DNA of 64,000 nt. Source: Candidatus Hermodarchaeota archaeon. Lineage in GTDB: Archaea > Asgardarchaeota > Thorarchaeia > Thorarchaeales > Thorarchaeaceae. Within the stretch, counting starts at the first letter, position 1; each line of letters starts with the position of its first letter. Below the pieces are notes generated by a model that saw only the letters and a program-made list of their open reading frames with translations, did no database searches and had not been told where the DNA came from. The position numbers were made by a program, and so were the translations under genes. Positions 55,657 to 64,000 of this stretch are shown here, piece after piece. The stretch is taken from NCBI GenBank assembly GCA_048885865.1, contig JBHLLF010000009.1, forward strand, positions 38,768 to 102,767, given 5' to 3'.

Positions 55657-57969
55657 GTGTTGGATAAGAATGAAACCTACGTGAATGGATCAATGATCCG
55701 AAAAGATAGTGTTGATTATCGAGCGTATCAGGTCAATCTTGCTGAGGTCGCCGCCAGAGAAAGTACGATGGTAGTTCTTAGCACGGGATTGGGAAAGACC
55801 GTAATTGCAGCGTTAGTGGCTGCAGCGCGTCTGACTCAAAATCCAAAATCAAAGGTCCTGTTTCTGGCACCTTCTCGACCTCTTGTGGATCAGCAGGCTC
55901 GGTATCTAAGGAGGGTTCTGGATATCGATGCTGAACATGTAGTATGCATGACTGGACATGACACCCCTGAGAACAGGCGCTCAATGTGGAGTGAGGCTAG
56001 AGTCTTCGTAATGACTCCGCAGGCTCTGCAAAATGATCTAGTGCAGAGGAGCTATGGGCTCCAAGAGGTTTCTCTGATTGTATACGATGAGGCACATAGG
56101 GGTGTGGGTAACTACGCATACACCTTCGTTGCAGAGCTATATGAGAAACAAGGAACAGACCAACTGTCCCTTGGTCTCACTGCATCTCCAGGCCACAAGG
56201 CAGACCATATCAAGACCGTCTGCAAGAATCTCCGTCTTGGTCGTGTTGAGGTTCGTACTGAGAAGAGCCCAGATGTACGTGACTATATTGTTTCCATAGA
56301 TACTGACGTCAGATATGTCAGGTTACCGTCTGAGGTCGAGGTCCTAAAGGACATTCTCTATGGCCTGCTCGACGAATACAAGAAGCCGATTCTTGAAAAT
56401 GGATTCTCTTTGCCCGACAGCCGGCGGCTAAGTCGGAAGGAGATTTTGAAAGTCCAGAAAGAGGTAAGGAAAGAGATTGGATCATACACCAAACCTCCCA
56501 GCAGTCTATTCCTGGTTATCAGGAACTTGACGGCGGCTCTTAGACTCGTTCATCTAATTGAGTTCATAGGCACTCAAGGCCTCACACCTACATATCGATA
56601 CATCCAAGGGATATACGAGGAAGTCCGTCACAAGAAGAGCTCTAAGGGTGTCAAAGACCTAATATCAAAGACTGAATTCAGTCAGTTTGAAAATCTTCTG
56701 AAGGCGCTCATAGACAAAGGACATCGACATCCAAAGGCTGATGCCATTCTTGAACTTGTGAGCGAGCAGCTGTCGGTGGATTTGGACTCGCGCATTCTTG
56801 TGTTCACAAGGTTTCGAGACACGGCTATGGAGGTCGTAGAAACTCTAGAACAGCTGAGAGATGCGAGAGTAAGCCGATTTGTAGGACAGAGCTCTCGACG
56901 TACAGACAAGGGATTCAGCCAGAAGAAACAGGTCGAGGTCCTTGAAGGATTCCGGAATAACGAGTTCAATGTATTAGTGGCCACACAGGTTGGGGAGGAG
57001 GGCCTTGATATCCCAGAGTGTAACTTGGTTGTGTTCTATGACTGCGTACCATCAGTAGTTCCTTACATCCAACGTAGAGGAAGAACAGGACGAAAGACAC
57101 CCGGTCGTGTAGTGATTTTTGTAGCCAGAGGAACTCACGATGAGTTCTATCACTGGAGTGTGATTAGGAAATTGAAGAAGATGCCAGATGCTCTAAAGGA
57201 GGCCGAGAAGGACTCAGATGAGGAGCAGACGAGCCTAGAGGACTTTGTGAGCGAAGATGACGAGTCTATGCACTCGCTTGAAGAGAAACCAACAGGTGCT
57301 CCAAGTTCGACTGATGATGCAATCAAGATGATTGTTGACTCTAGAGAGTTGCCAACTGCTGTAGCCAGGGAGCTTACTCGACTGGATGTAGAGATCTCTG
57401 GAGAGAGCCTGCAGATTGGGGACTATGTCATTTCTGAAGATGTCTGCGTTGAAAGAAAGGAGTCGGGAGACTTCATCCAGTCTCTAATAGATGGCAGGCT
57501 CTTCGTGCAGCTCTCGGCACTACGTTCATCGTATCGAAGACCTGTCCTCATAATTGAAGGAGAACAGCTGATAGGATTGCGAGCGGTGAACCCCGCATCA
57601 ATATATGGCGCATTGGCATCGATTGCTATTCGGATTCAAGTTCCCACGCTCTGGACTCGCAATGCAGAGGAAACAGCAAATGTCCTCTATCGGTTAGCAC
57701 ACCTTGAACAGGTAGGAGCAAAGAAGACGTTGCGAACCAGGTCAGGGGATGCTAGAGCCACTGATGCAGAAGCGTTAGAATACGTCTTATCGGGATTTCC
57801 CGGGGTAGATACAGTCATCTCAAGGGCTATCCTTTCCGAATTTGGGACTCTGGAGAATGTCTTCTCAGCTAGTGAAAAGGAACTGCAGAGCGTAAAGGGA
57901 GTGGGAAAGAAAATAGCCAGCAGAATCAGAACTCTTCTGACTACCGAGTATCCATCATACAGGGGCTAG
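55657..57969 (+). CDS. hef: Hef (FANCM-like) SF2 helicase-ERCC4 nuclease
   Basis: TGLGKT, DEAH, TAS, QRRGRTGR, VDSRE...GDY...VERK, HhH. Confidence 0.95.
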   Translation: MLDKNETYVNGSMIRKDSVDYRAYQVNLAEVAARESTMVVLSTGLGKTVIAALVAAARLTQNPKSKVLFLAPSRPLVDQQARYLRRVLDIDAEHVVCMTGHDTPENRRSMWSEARVFVMTPQALQNDLVQRSYGLQEVSLIVYDEAHRGVGNYAYTFVAELYEKQGTDQLSLGLTASPGHKADHIKTVCKNLRLGRVEVRTEKSPDVRDYIVSIDTDVRYVRLPSEVEVLKDILYGLLDEYKKPILENGFSLPDSRRLSRKEILKVQKEVRKEIGSYTKPPSSLFLVIRNLTAALRLVHLIEFIGTQGLTPTYRYIQGIYEEVRHKKSSKGVKDLISKTEFSQFENLLKALIDKGHRHPKADAILELVSEQLSVDLDSRILVFTRFRDTAMEVVETLEQLRDARVSRFVGQSSRRTDKGFSQKKQVEVLEGFRNNEFNVLVATQVGEEGLDIPECNLVVFYDCVPSVVPYIQRRGRTGRKTPGRVVIFVARGTHDEFYHWSVIRKLKKMPDALKEAEKDSDEEQTSLEDFVSEDDESMHSLEEKPTGAPSSTDDAIKMIVDSRELPTAVARELTRLDVEISGESLQIGDYVISEDVCVERKESGDFIQSLIDGRLFVQLSALRSSYRRPVLIIEGEQLIGLRAVNPASIYGALASIAIRIQVPTLWTRNAEETANVLYRLAHLEQVGAKKTLRTRSGDARATDAEALEYVLSGFPGVDTVISRAILSEFGTLENVFSASEKELQSVKGVGKKIASRIRTLLTTEYPSYRG

Positions 57970-57980
57970 GAGAAAGAAAT

Positions 57981-58652
57981 TCAGGGAACATCTGGGTTCT
58001 TGCGGAGTCCTTCCTTGTATGCCCTTCTGAATCTGTCTGTGAGTTCCTTGCTCAGTTTCTGATATCGCTCAAAATCAGAATCGTTAAGCTTGGCAAGACA
58101 GAGGATTCTCTTGAGAGCGAGATAGACTCCTGGATCCATGGCAGAAACCTTATCGAGGACTTCCTTCACCTCGGCCTTTGCCTTCTTCCACAGGCGGTCG
58201 CGTTCAACGAAATCCTCAGCTATCTCTCGAATCTCATCCTCATCTTCGAAAACGAATCCTAGGCCGCGCATCGTGCCCACTAAGTCAAGTGTCATGTCAA
58301 TGCCATTCACGGTTCTCTCAGGTAGGTCATCCATATCACTGGTTGCAATGAAGACGTTCTCAGCTGTGGCGACCCATAACTTTGTCATAATGTGTGAGCC
58401 ACCATTGCCAGCTGGCTCGAATCCATCCTGTGTGATGAGACCAGCCCGTTCTAGCTCCTTCAAGTGATAGCGGACGGTCTGAGGCTTCAGCTCTTTGCTC
58501 GGGTCAACATCTTCTAGAAATTCACAGATTTCGGATGTGGACATCCGCTTGGATCTAAGAGCATGAAGAATCCGCCTGCGATTCTCATCATTTAGGGCGC
58601 GGACTACTGCTGCAGTTTCTTCTTCACCAGCTACAATCCTAAGCGTTTCCAT
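57981..58652 (-). CDS. ArsR-like winged-helix transcriptional regulator
   Basis: ALNDENRRRILHAL...QTVRYHLKELERAGLI. Confidence 0.85.
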   Translation of the reverse strand: METLRIVAGEEETAAVVRALNDENRRRILHALRSKRMSTSEICEFLEDVDPSKELKPQTVRYHLKELERAGLITQDGFEPAGNGGSHIMTKLWVATAENVFIATSDMDDLPERTVNGIDMTLDLVGTMRGLGFVFEDEDEIREIAEDFVERDRLWKKAKAEVKEVLDKVSAMDPGVYLALKRILCLAKLNDSDFERYQKLSKELTDRFRRAYKEGLRKNPDVP

Positions 58653-58818
58653 CTCTCAAGACTCCATCAATGAATAGTTCATGTTCCAACGGCTCAATGA
58701 TAGGAAACGACTCCTATCGATTTGTTGATCGGTCCACAAGACCCCGCTTAGGGGCGACTTGCAGATATCGTTGTTCAATGTCACCTGAGATGCATCTTCT
58801 CGAGTGAGAAGGCGCATC

Positions 58819-59076
58819 TTATGCAGGGACGTAGATCCACTGACGCATGTCTTGCAGGCATGGTACTCTCTTGATTAGTTTCTTCTTGAGGAGCTTTCTC
58901 AGTGCGTATCTGACAGTCCTTGGTGCAAAAGACACCTTATCCAGAAGCTGCTTCGGTGTAACACCGTTCTTCCCACTGCTCCGGAGAATGTCCAATACGA
59001 TCATCTGGCTCTTGGTGAGCTTTAGTTCTTTAAGCTCCTCTCTCAATTGTTCATCTGACATCAATTTCGATATCAC
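58819..59076 (-). CDS. Small winged-helix (MarR/TrmB-like) protein (start possibly ATG 59061)
   Basis: LTKSQMIVLDIL...TPKQL...APRTVRYALRKL...DMRQWIY. Confidence 0.88.
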   Translation of the reverse strand: MISKLMSDEQLREELKELKLTKSQMIVLDILRSSGKNGVTPKQLLDKVSFAPRTVRYALRKLLKKKLIKRVPCLQDMRQWIYVPA

Positions 59077-59255
59077 CTACTTCCGTTCGTAAGGTTTGAA
59101 GCCCGCAGAGTTCTCAATCTTGCTTCAAACAACATCTAATAAGTTCACAACAACCCTTATTAATGTATCGCAGCCTCGAGTCGCATGTCGCGGTCTATAA
59201 CCGCGGACCTGTTTAGGCCAACTGTGTGAACTGGATTGCCCTATCATATTGACTT

Positions 59256-60242
59256 CTAGCTAGCTGTGACATCTCGCCTGAATATTACACGAAGGAACTC
59301 TTGGACCCCGAATGCAATGAGTGGAAGCAGTCCCAGGTACATTGGCCAGATGAACCGCATTGTAAAATATGCAAGAAAGAATGCAACCCAAGCAAGTCCG
59401 GATAGAGGGATAGCAGCATACAGAAACCAATCCTTCGCCTCTTTGAACCTCGTGGCATCACGATTTCTTAGGATAAGGGCCATGATTATTGGCGCGATAA
59501 TCAGCACGAAACTAAGAATGATTGCCTCCAATGTTATCCAAGGCCTTAGAAACAGATTGCTTAGAGTGAAGGGCCATACCCAGCCTGATCCTCCAGCAGA
59601 TGCACTCAATGCGAGTCTAGCCAAAAGATGCGAAGTTCCTGCAATCAGACCGATGTATATACTGTGTTTCCAATCACTACCGGACACAAGAGTTGTGACA
59701 AGATGAACTAGAACTAGGATGATTGCGGTTTCTTTGAAGAGCACCCCTACAGCCGTGATTATTGCAATATATTGCCACTTCCAAGAGCGAAGTATTCCGT
59801 ATATTCCGATGGCTAGGCAGAGTATGAAGGGCGTTTCCACCAATACCCCTGTCCCATATATCAAGACTGGAGGAGAAACCATACAAAGACCTGCAGCTAC
59901 CACTGACGGGAACATATCATAACCGAAGTGCCTCGCTATTCGATACATCACAAATGCAAGCGGAAATAGCAGCACGAAATTGATGGCCGGTATTGTGATT
60001 TCAGGATCAAGTGGAAGTATTGAAACAATGCCAGGCAGTAGAATCCGGTAGTTGAACGGAGGCGCGGTTTCAGACATCGGCACCAACCCTCTGAAGAAGT
60101 CTACCAGTGTCAGGTACTTCTCCGAGTCAGGAAAATCAGGGAAAGATGTTCCAAATCGTAGAAGCCCGACAATTGCAGTCGCTGCGAAAAGCAAAACGAG
60201 CAACAAAATCTCGATGTATTTGTTTTCTTTAGATTCCACCAT
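59256..60242 (-). CDS. Multi-pass membrane protein, GT-C/PMT-like glycosyltransferase candidate
   Basis: PDSEKY, PFNYRILLP, FKET; GGAGG SD before ATG 60242. Confidence 0.6.
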   Translation of the reverse strand: MVESKENKYIEILLLVLLFAATAIVGLLRFGTSFPDFPDSEKYLTLVDFFRGLVPMSETAPPFNYRILLPGIVSILPLDPEITIPAINFVLLFPLAFVMYRIARHFGYDMFPSVVAAGLCMVSPPVLIYGTGVLVETPFILCLAIGIYGILRSWKWQYIAIITAVGVLFKETAIILVLVHLVTTLVSGSDWKHSIYIGLIAGTSHLLARLALSASAGGSGWVWPFTLSNLFLRPWITLEAIILSFVLIIAPIIMALILRNRDATRFKEAKDWFLYAAIPLSGLAWVAFFLAYFTMRFIWPMYLGLLPLIAFGVQEFLRVIFRRDVTAS

Positions 60243-60463
60243 TAACTCCTCCACAGGCAGTATGTGTAGACCTCTAGGATTCAGCAGTCCATTGGTGCGG
60301 CAGATGCGAAGATGGTTCACAAATCTCCCATCGATGCCTGTCAAGCCCTGCGGACTGCGTCTTATAAGAAAGATGTTCCGGAAGACGGCGTGTCCAGAGG
60401 TGCATTCCTATTACATCCGGCAAACTCTATAACGAGGTACACTAATTGAAACCTCGAACCTCT

Positions 60464-61714
60464 ATGAAAAAGGCAGCCCTACTTGCCGCTGGCGAATCCA
60501 CACGAATGATGCCCTTAACAGCTAACATGCCAAAACATCTTCTTCCTATCGCAGGGAAACCTCTGGTGTTCCATACTCTTGAGGCACTAAGAGATGCGGG
60601 GATCAAAGAAACCTTGATGGTTGTTGGCTATCAAGGGGAGGAGCTGAAGAAAGGGATAGACTCTGTTGATTGGAGTCCTATGAACATCTCCTATGTTGAA
60701 CAGAAAGAGAGACGAGGGACGGCTCATGCTGCAGGTCATGCAAAAGAATTCGCCGGTGACGATCAACTAATTGTCATGAACGGGGATATTATGATGGGTC
60801 CTGATGCATTTCAAGGGCTCATTCAGCATCATAAAAAAGGGGGATTTGAGCTGACCTTGACAGTGTTCCCCATTAGTGACCCGTCGCCATATGGAGTGGT
60901 AGCAGTAAAAGATGGAAAGGCGACTGAGCTTATCGAAAAGCCTTCCAAGGACCAGATGGTAAGCAATCTGGTCAATGTGGGAATGTATGCTGCTGGTCCT
61001 TCGCTGTGGGAGTCCATTGAAAACACCAAGCTGTCTCAAAGAAAGGAGTATGAGATTACAGATTCGATTACAATGCTGATAAAGAAAGGAAATGTAGGCG
61101 CTTTCTCAATACCTTCTTGGTGGTTGGACATTGGGAAGCCATGGGACCTTCTGAAGGCTAACAAGAAGCTGCTAGGCTTCATCCAAGAACAAATCGCAGG
61201 TGATGTTGAAAAAGGGTCGACACTAAAGGGGGAGGTAATTGTGGAGAAGGGAGCAACCATACGGAGCGGAGCATATGTCGAAGGACCTGTGTTCATCGGG
61301 GAAGACTCTGTGATTGGGCCCAACTGCTTCATTCGGCCTCACACAAGCCTCGGCAAAGGGGTCAAGGTTGGGAATGGGTGTGAGGTCAAAAACTCGCTGA
61401 TAATGGATGGGTCTAGTATTGGGCATCTCTCATACGTAGGCGACTCTGTGATTGGCCGAAGGGTCAACTTTGGAGCGGGCACAATTACTGCAAATCTAAG
61501 ACACGATAATCAATCTGTGAAAGTCACTGTCAAAGGAAAGAGAGTGGATTCAGGTCGCAGAAAGCTGGGAACAATAGTTGGTGATGACGTCAAGACGGGT
61601 ATTGGTACCCTCTTGGCACCAGGGGTTGTGATTCACCAAGGTGCAAGGACTGGTATCGGGGTTATAGTTGAACGCGATGTAACGCCAGGGAAAATGGTCC
61701 ATGGCAACGGGTAA
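60464..61714 (+). CDS. glmU: Bifunctional sugar-1-P nucleotidyltransferase/acetyltransferase (archaeal GlmU)
   Basis: LAAGESTRMMPLT..PK, EKP, hexapeptide repeats, HLSYVGDS, NFGAGT, GRRKLG. Confidence 0.9.
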   Translation: MKKAALLAAGESTRMMPLTANMPKHLLPIAGKPLVFHTLEALRDAGIKETLMVVGYQGEELKKGIDSVDWSPMNISYVEQKERRGTAHAAGHAKEFAGDDQLIVMNGDIMMGPDAFQGLIQHHKKGGFELTLTVFPISDPSPYGVVAVKDGKATELIEKPSKDQMVSNLVNVGMYAAGPSLWESIENTKLSQRKEYEITDSITMLIKKGNVGAFSIPSWWLDIGKPWDLLKANKKLLGFIQEQIAGDVEKGSTLKGEVIVEKGATIRSGAYVEGPVFIGEDSVIGPNCFIRPHTSLGKGVKVGNGCEVKNSLIMDGSSIGHLSYVGDSVIGRRVNFGAGTITANLRHDNQSVKVTVKGKRVDSGRRKLGTIVGDDVKTGIGTLLAPGVVIHQGARTGIGVIVERDVTPGKMVHGNG

Positions 61715-61738
61715 AGACTGCATGATGAGGTACAAGCT

Positions 61739-63265
61739 TTGTCCAAGATCCGGCTCCGAGAACACAATGTTGTTGTCAAGGATCTTAGAGGTGTCAGCAT
61801 TCTTGTGGGATACTGCTACCCATCTACATATAGAGCAGGTATGACTGGGTTGGCAACACACCTGTTTTATGCACTCCTCAACAATAGAAGCGACGTTTCT
61901 TGCGAGCGATATTTTCGATATGATGTTCCATCACCTATTCATTCACTAGAAACATCTAGACCGTTATCAGAGAATCACATTGTGGCCTTCTCTCTCACAT
62001 GGGAAGAGGACATTATCAACCTCATTCAGATGCTAGAGCTTGGCTCGATTGCAGTTGAAGCAAAGGACAGGGGGGATGACAGCCCTATCGTGTTGGTCGG
62101 CGGCCCAGTTGTAAGCTCCAATCCTGAGCCCTACGTAGAGTTCGTAGACGCCTTTGTCATTGGCGAGGGGGATCTGGTCATACACGACATCATCAATGCC
62201 GTCAAGGATTCTTCTTCCAGGTCGATTGCTCTACAAGAACTGTCGGAAATTCCAGGGGTGTATGTTCCAGCAGCGGAACCATCCTCAGTGTCTAGGATAA
62301 TCATAGACGACCTTGATTCTCTTCCATACCCCACAACTCAAATCATCCCGGAAGTCAAGGAAGGGTCACAGCTTGAACCAGTTTTTGGGAAATCATTCCT
62401 GGCTGAAGTTACACGTGGATGTGGACATTCCTGCAAGTTTTGTCTGATTGGACACATCTGCCGCCCTCGAAGAATCAGGTCCCTTAAGAGACTGAAGGAG
62501 ATTATAGCACAAGGGCTTGGGTCATCTCCGGTGAAGAAAGTGTCATTGATTGGATCATCCCTTGGCGACCACGATGGCTTGGAGGAGCTTGCACATTGGG
62601 TCATAGGAAAAGGTGTTGAACTATCAGCTCCATCACTTCGAGCGGACTCGATTACGCCAGAGCTTCTAGAGGCTTTTGTGAAGGGAGGCCAACGAACACT
62701 CACAATCGCACCTGAGGCAGGGTCATCGCAACTCAGAAAGGTGATGGGCAAAGGACTTGATGACGAGGATATTGATAGAGCAGTCAGAATCGCCAAGGAA
62801 GCAGGGTACAAAGCAGCAAAACTCTACTTCATAATAGGTCTTCCAGAGGAATCTGAAGAGGATATTGTGGCCATAGCTAGAATGATCAAGCAGTTGGCTC
62901 AGACATATGGAATCAGGATTACTGCTAGCGTCAATCCATTTGTCCCCAAGGCGCATACAAGATGGGAAAGGGAAGCGCAGCCTACTGTTGAAGCACTTCG
63001 TGAGAAACTCAAGTTGATTGAGGGAGAGATACGGAATGTCCCAAGAGTGACCGTTGAGGGTGTTGATCCAAGAAATGCAAGAATTCAGGCAGCACTCTCA
63101 GTTGGTGATCGTTCAATTGGAAGAGTGATTCAGTTGGCTGCAAAGTATGGAGGACTTGGAGGCTGGAGAAGGGCGGAGAAAGAAACCGGAATCCCATTCT
63201 TCGCACTTGCGAATGAATCACGGTACACTGATGAGAAACTTCCATGGTCATTCATATCCAGCTAG
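61739..63265 (+). CDS. B12-binding-like radical SAM protein (YgiQ/TIGR03960-like)
   Basis: YPSTYRAGMTGL, GGP..NPEP, IGEG, RGCGHSCKFC, FVPKAHT. Confidence 0.85.
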   Translation: MSKIRLREHNVVVKDLRGVSILVGYCYPSTYRAGMTGLATHLFYALLNNRSDVSCERYFRYDVPSPIHSLETSRPLSENHIVAFSLTWEEDIINLIQMLELGSIAVEAKDRGDDSPIVLVGGPVVSSNPEPYVEFVDAFVIGEGDLVIHDIINAVKDSSSRSIALQELSEIPGVYVPAAEPSSVSRIIIDDLDSLPYPTTQIIPEVKEGSQLEPVFGKSFLAEVTRGCGHSCKFCLIGHICRPRRIRSLKRLKEIIAQGLGSSPVKKVSLIGSSLGDHDGLEELAHWVIGKGVELSAPSLRADSITPELLEAFVKGGQRTLTIAPEAGSSQLRKVMGKGLDDEDIDRAVRIAKEAGYKAAKLYFIIGLPEESEEDIVAIARMIKQLAQTYGIRITASVNPFVPKAHTRWEREAQPTVEALREKLKLIEGEIRNVPRVTVEGVDPRNARIQAALSVGDRSIGRVIQLAAKYGGLGGWRRAEKETGIPFFALANESRYTDEKLPWSFISS

Positions 63266-63355
63266 AATCAACTAGGCCATCTTGGCTACAGTTAAAAGGG
63301 AATATTCTAGAAAAGACTTGTAAAACATCCCACGAGCCCAAGTGCAGGCTGTCTG

Positions 63356-63709
63356 GTGGTTAGAATGGTTGACGAAGAATTCAAGGATGACTTTCCAGCG
63401 CTTGCCAAGGAGATGAGTGAGAGACGAACATTGACTCATAGGATAGATGGTGTCCGCACAATGTCTGATGATGAGCCTGATGAACCAAAAGAGCACAAGA
63501 CCTTCCTACCAGATGTTGTGGATTATATTCGAAGATGTGATACTGTTAATCAGGCACTTGAGATTGTAGACTACATGCTCAGCCGAGCGGAGATATCTCC
63601 CTCTGACGCTCGGCAAATTAAGTCCCAACTCAAGGCAGATGGTCTTCGAAGCTTTGGCGCCAAGAAGGAGAAAGACCACTACCTCCACCATGGTATAGAG
63701 CCTGAGTAA
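63356..63709 (+). CDS. DUF2095 family protein
   Basis: FPALAKEM...PDVVDYIRRCDT..QALEIVDY...GLRSFGAKKE. Confidence 0.85.
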   Translation: MVRMVDEEFKDDFPALAKEMSERRTLTHRIDGVRTMSDDEPDEPKEHKTFLPDVVDYIRRCDTVNQALEIVDYMLSRAEISPSDARQIKSQLKADGLRSFGAKKEKDHYLHHGIEPE

Positions 63710-63818
63710 AGCTCATTGCTATGGCCAGTTTCAGTATCCTCTGCTTATTCTACTGATAGGAGTGTATATGTCCCATACGAAGACATACTCGCATTGACGG
63801 CGGGCGGAGCTAGAGTGT

Positions 63819-63998
63819 CTAAGCAACCTTGTAGGCGCCTCTCTCCTTTGCCCACGAGATTGTGTCAGGATCGCATCTCTTCAGCTCACGCTCTGGGAAC
63901 TCGCTCAGCAGGTTCCATCCCAAGTCCAGGGTCTGTTCAAACGAACGGTCCTCGAACTCACCCTGACCAATGAACTCGGCCTCGAAACGGTCCGCAAA
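63819..63998 (-). CDS. atpB: A/V-type ATP synthase subunit B, C-terminal fragment (runs off window)
   Basis: Manual translation gives FADRFEAEFIGQGEFEDRSFEQTLDLGWNLLSEFPERELKR...*. Confidence 0.9.
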   Translation of the reverse strand, partial: FADRFEAEFIGQGEFEDRSFEQTLDLGWNLLSEFPERELKRCDPDTISWAKERGAYKVA

Positions 63999-64000
63999 CT

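Noticed and set aside
63716-63973. 85-aa plus-strand ORF
   Set aside because: It is antisense to the AtpB C-terminus.

Overview
Archaeal chromosomal window, most likely an Asgard archaeon (Thorarchaeia-like). This is inferred from the ribophorin-I-like protein, the archaeal information-processing genes and the gene order; no taxonomy search was run. Core clusters: PDCD5-L39e-L31e-aIF6-LX-PfdA-FtsY; FtsZ-SecE-Spt5-L11-L1-P0-L12; GcvPA/PB; TopoVI-Dim2-Rio1-aIF1A-NMD3; aIF2beta-RPA2-FEN1; EF1beta-Cdc48; DeoC-AOR; Hef; GlmU; and the end of AtpB. There are four CCA-encoding tRNAs, two with introns at non-canonical positions. An accessory stretch runs from about 10 to 23 kb. Most notable observations: (1) a 992-aa ribophorin-I-like membrane protein whose N-terminus is a DOMON-like domain with an FKBP-fold insert plus an Ig domain, head-to-head with an AglH/DPAGT1-type GlcNAc-1-P transferase; (2) two progressively decayed copies of the tRNA-Leu 3' end, each following a single gene, suggesting tRNA-anchored single-gene cassette accretion with no integrase in the window; (3) conserved genes that appear to need CTG or ACG starts, amid heavy TTG use; (4) a zinc finger inserted in Spt5; (5) a GC-rich, highly structured ~215-nt candidate ncRNA after a phage-like ORF; (6) a DeoC with a 4-Cys tail coupled to AOR. 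No CRISPR array, rRNA, transposase or integrase was seen. Family assignments come from motif recognition by eye.
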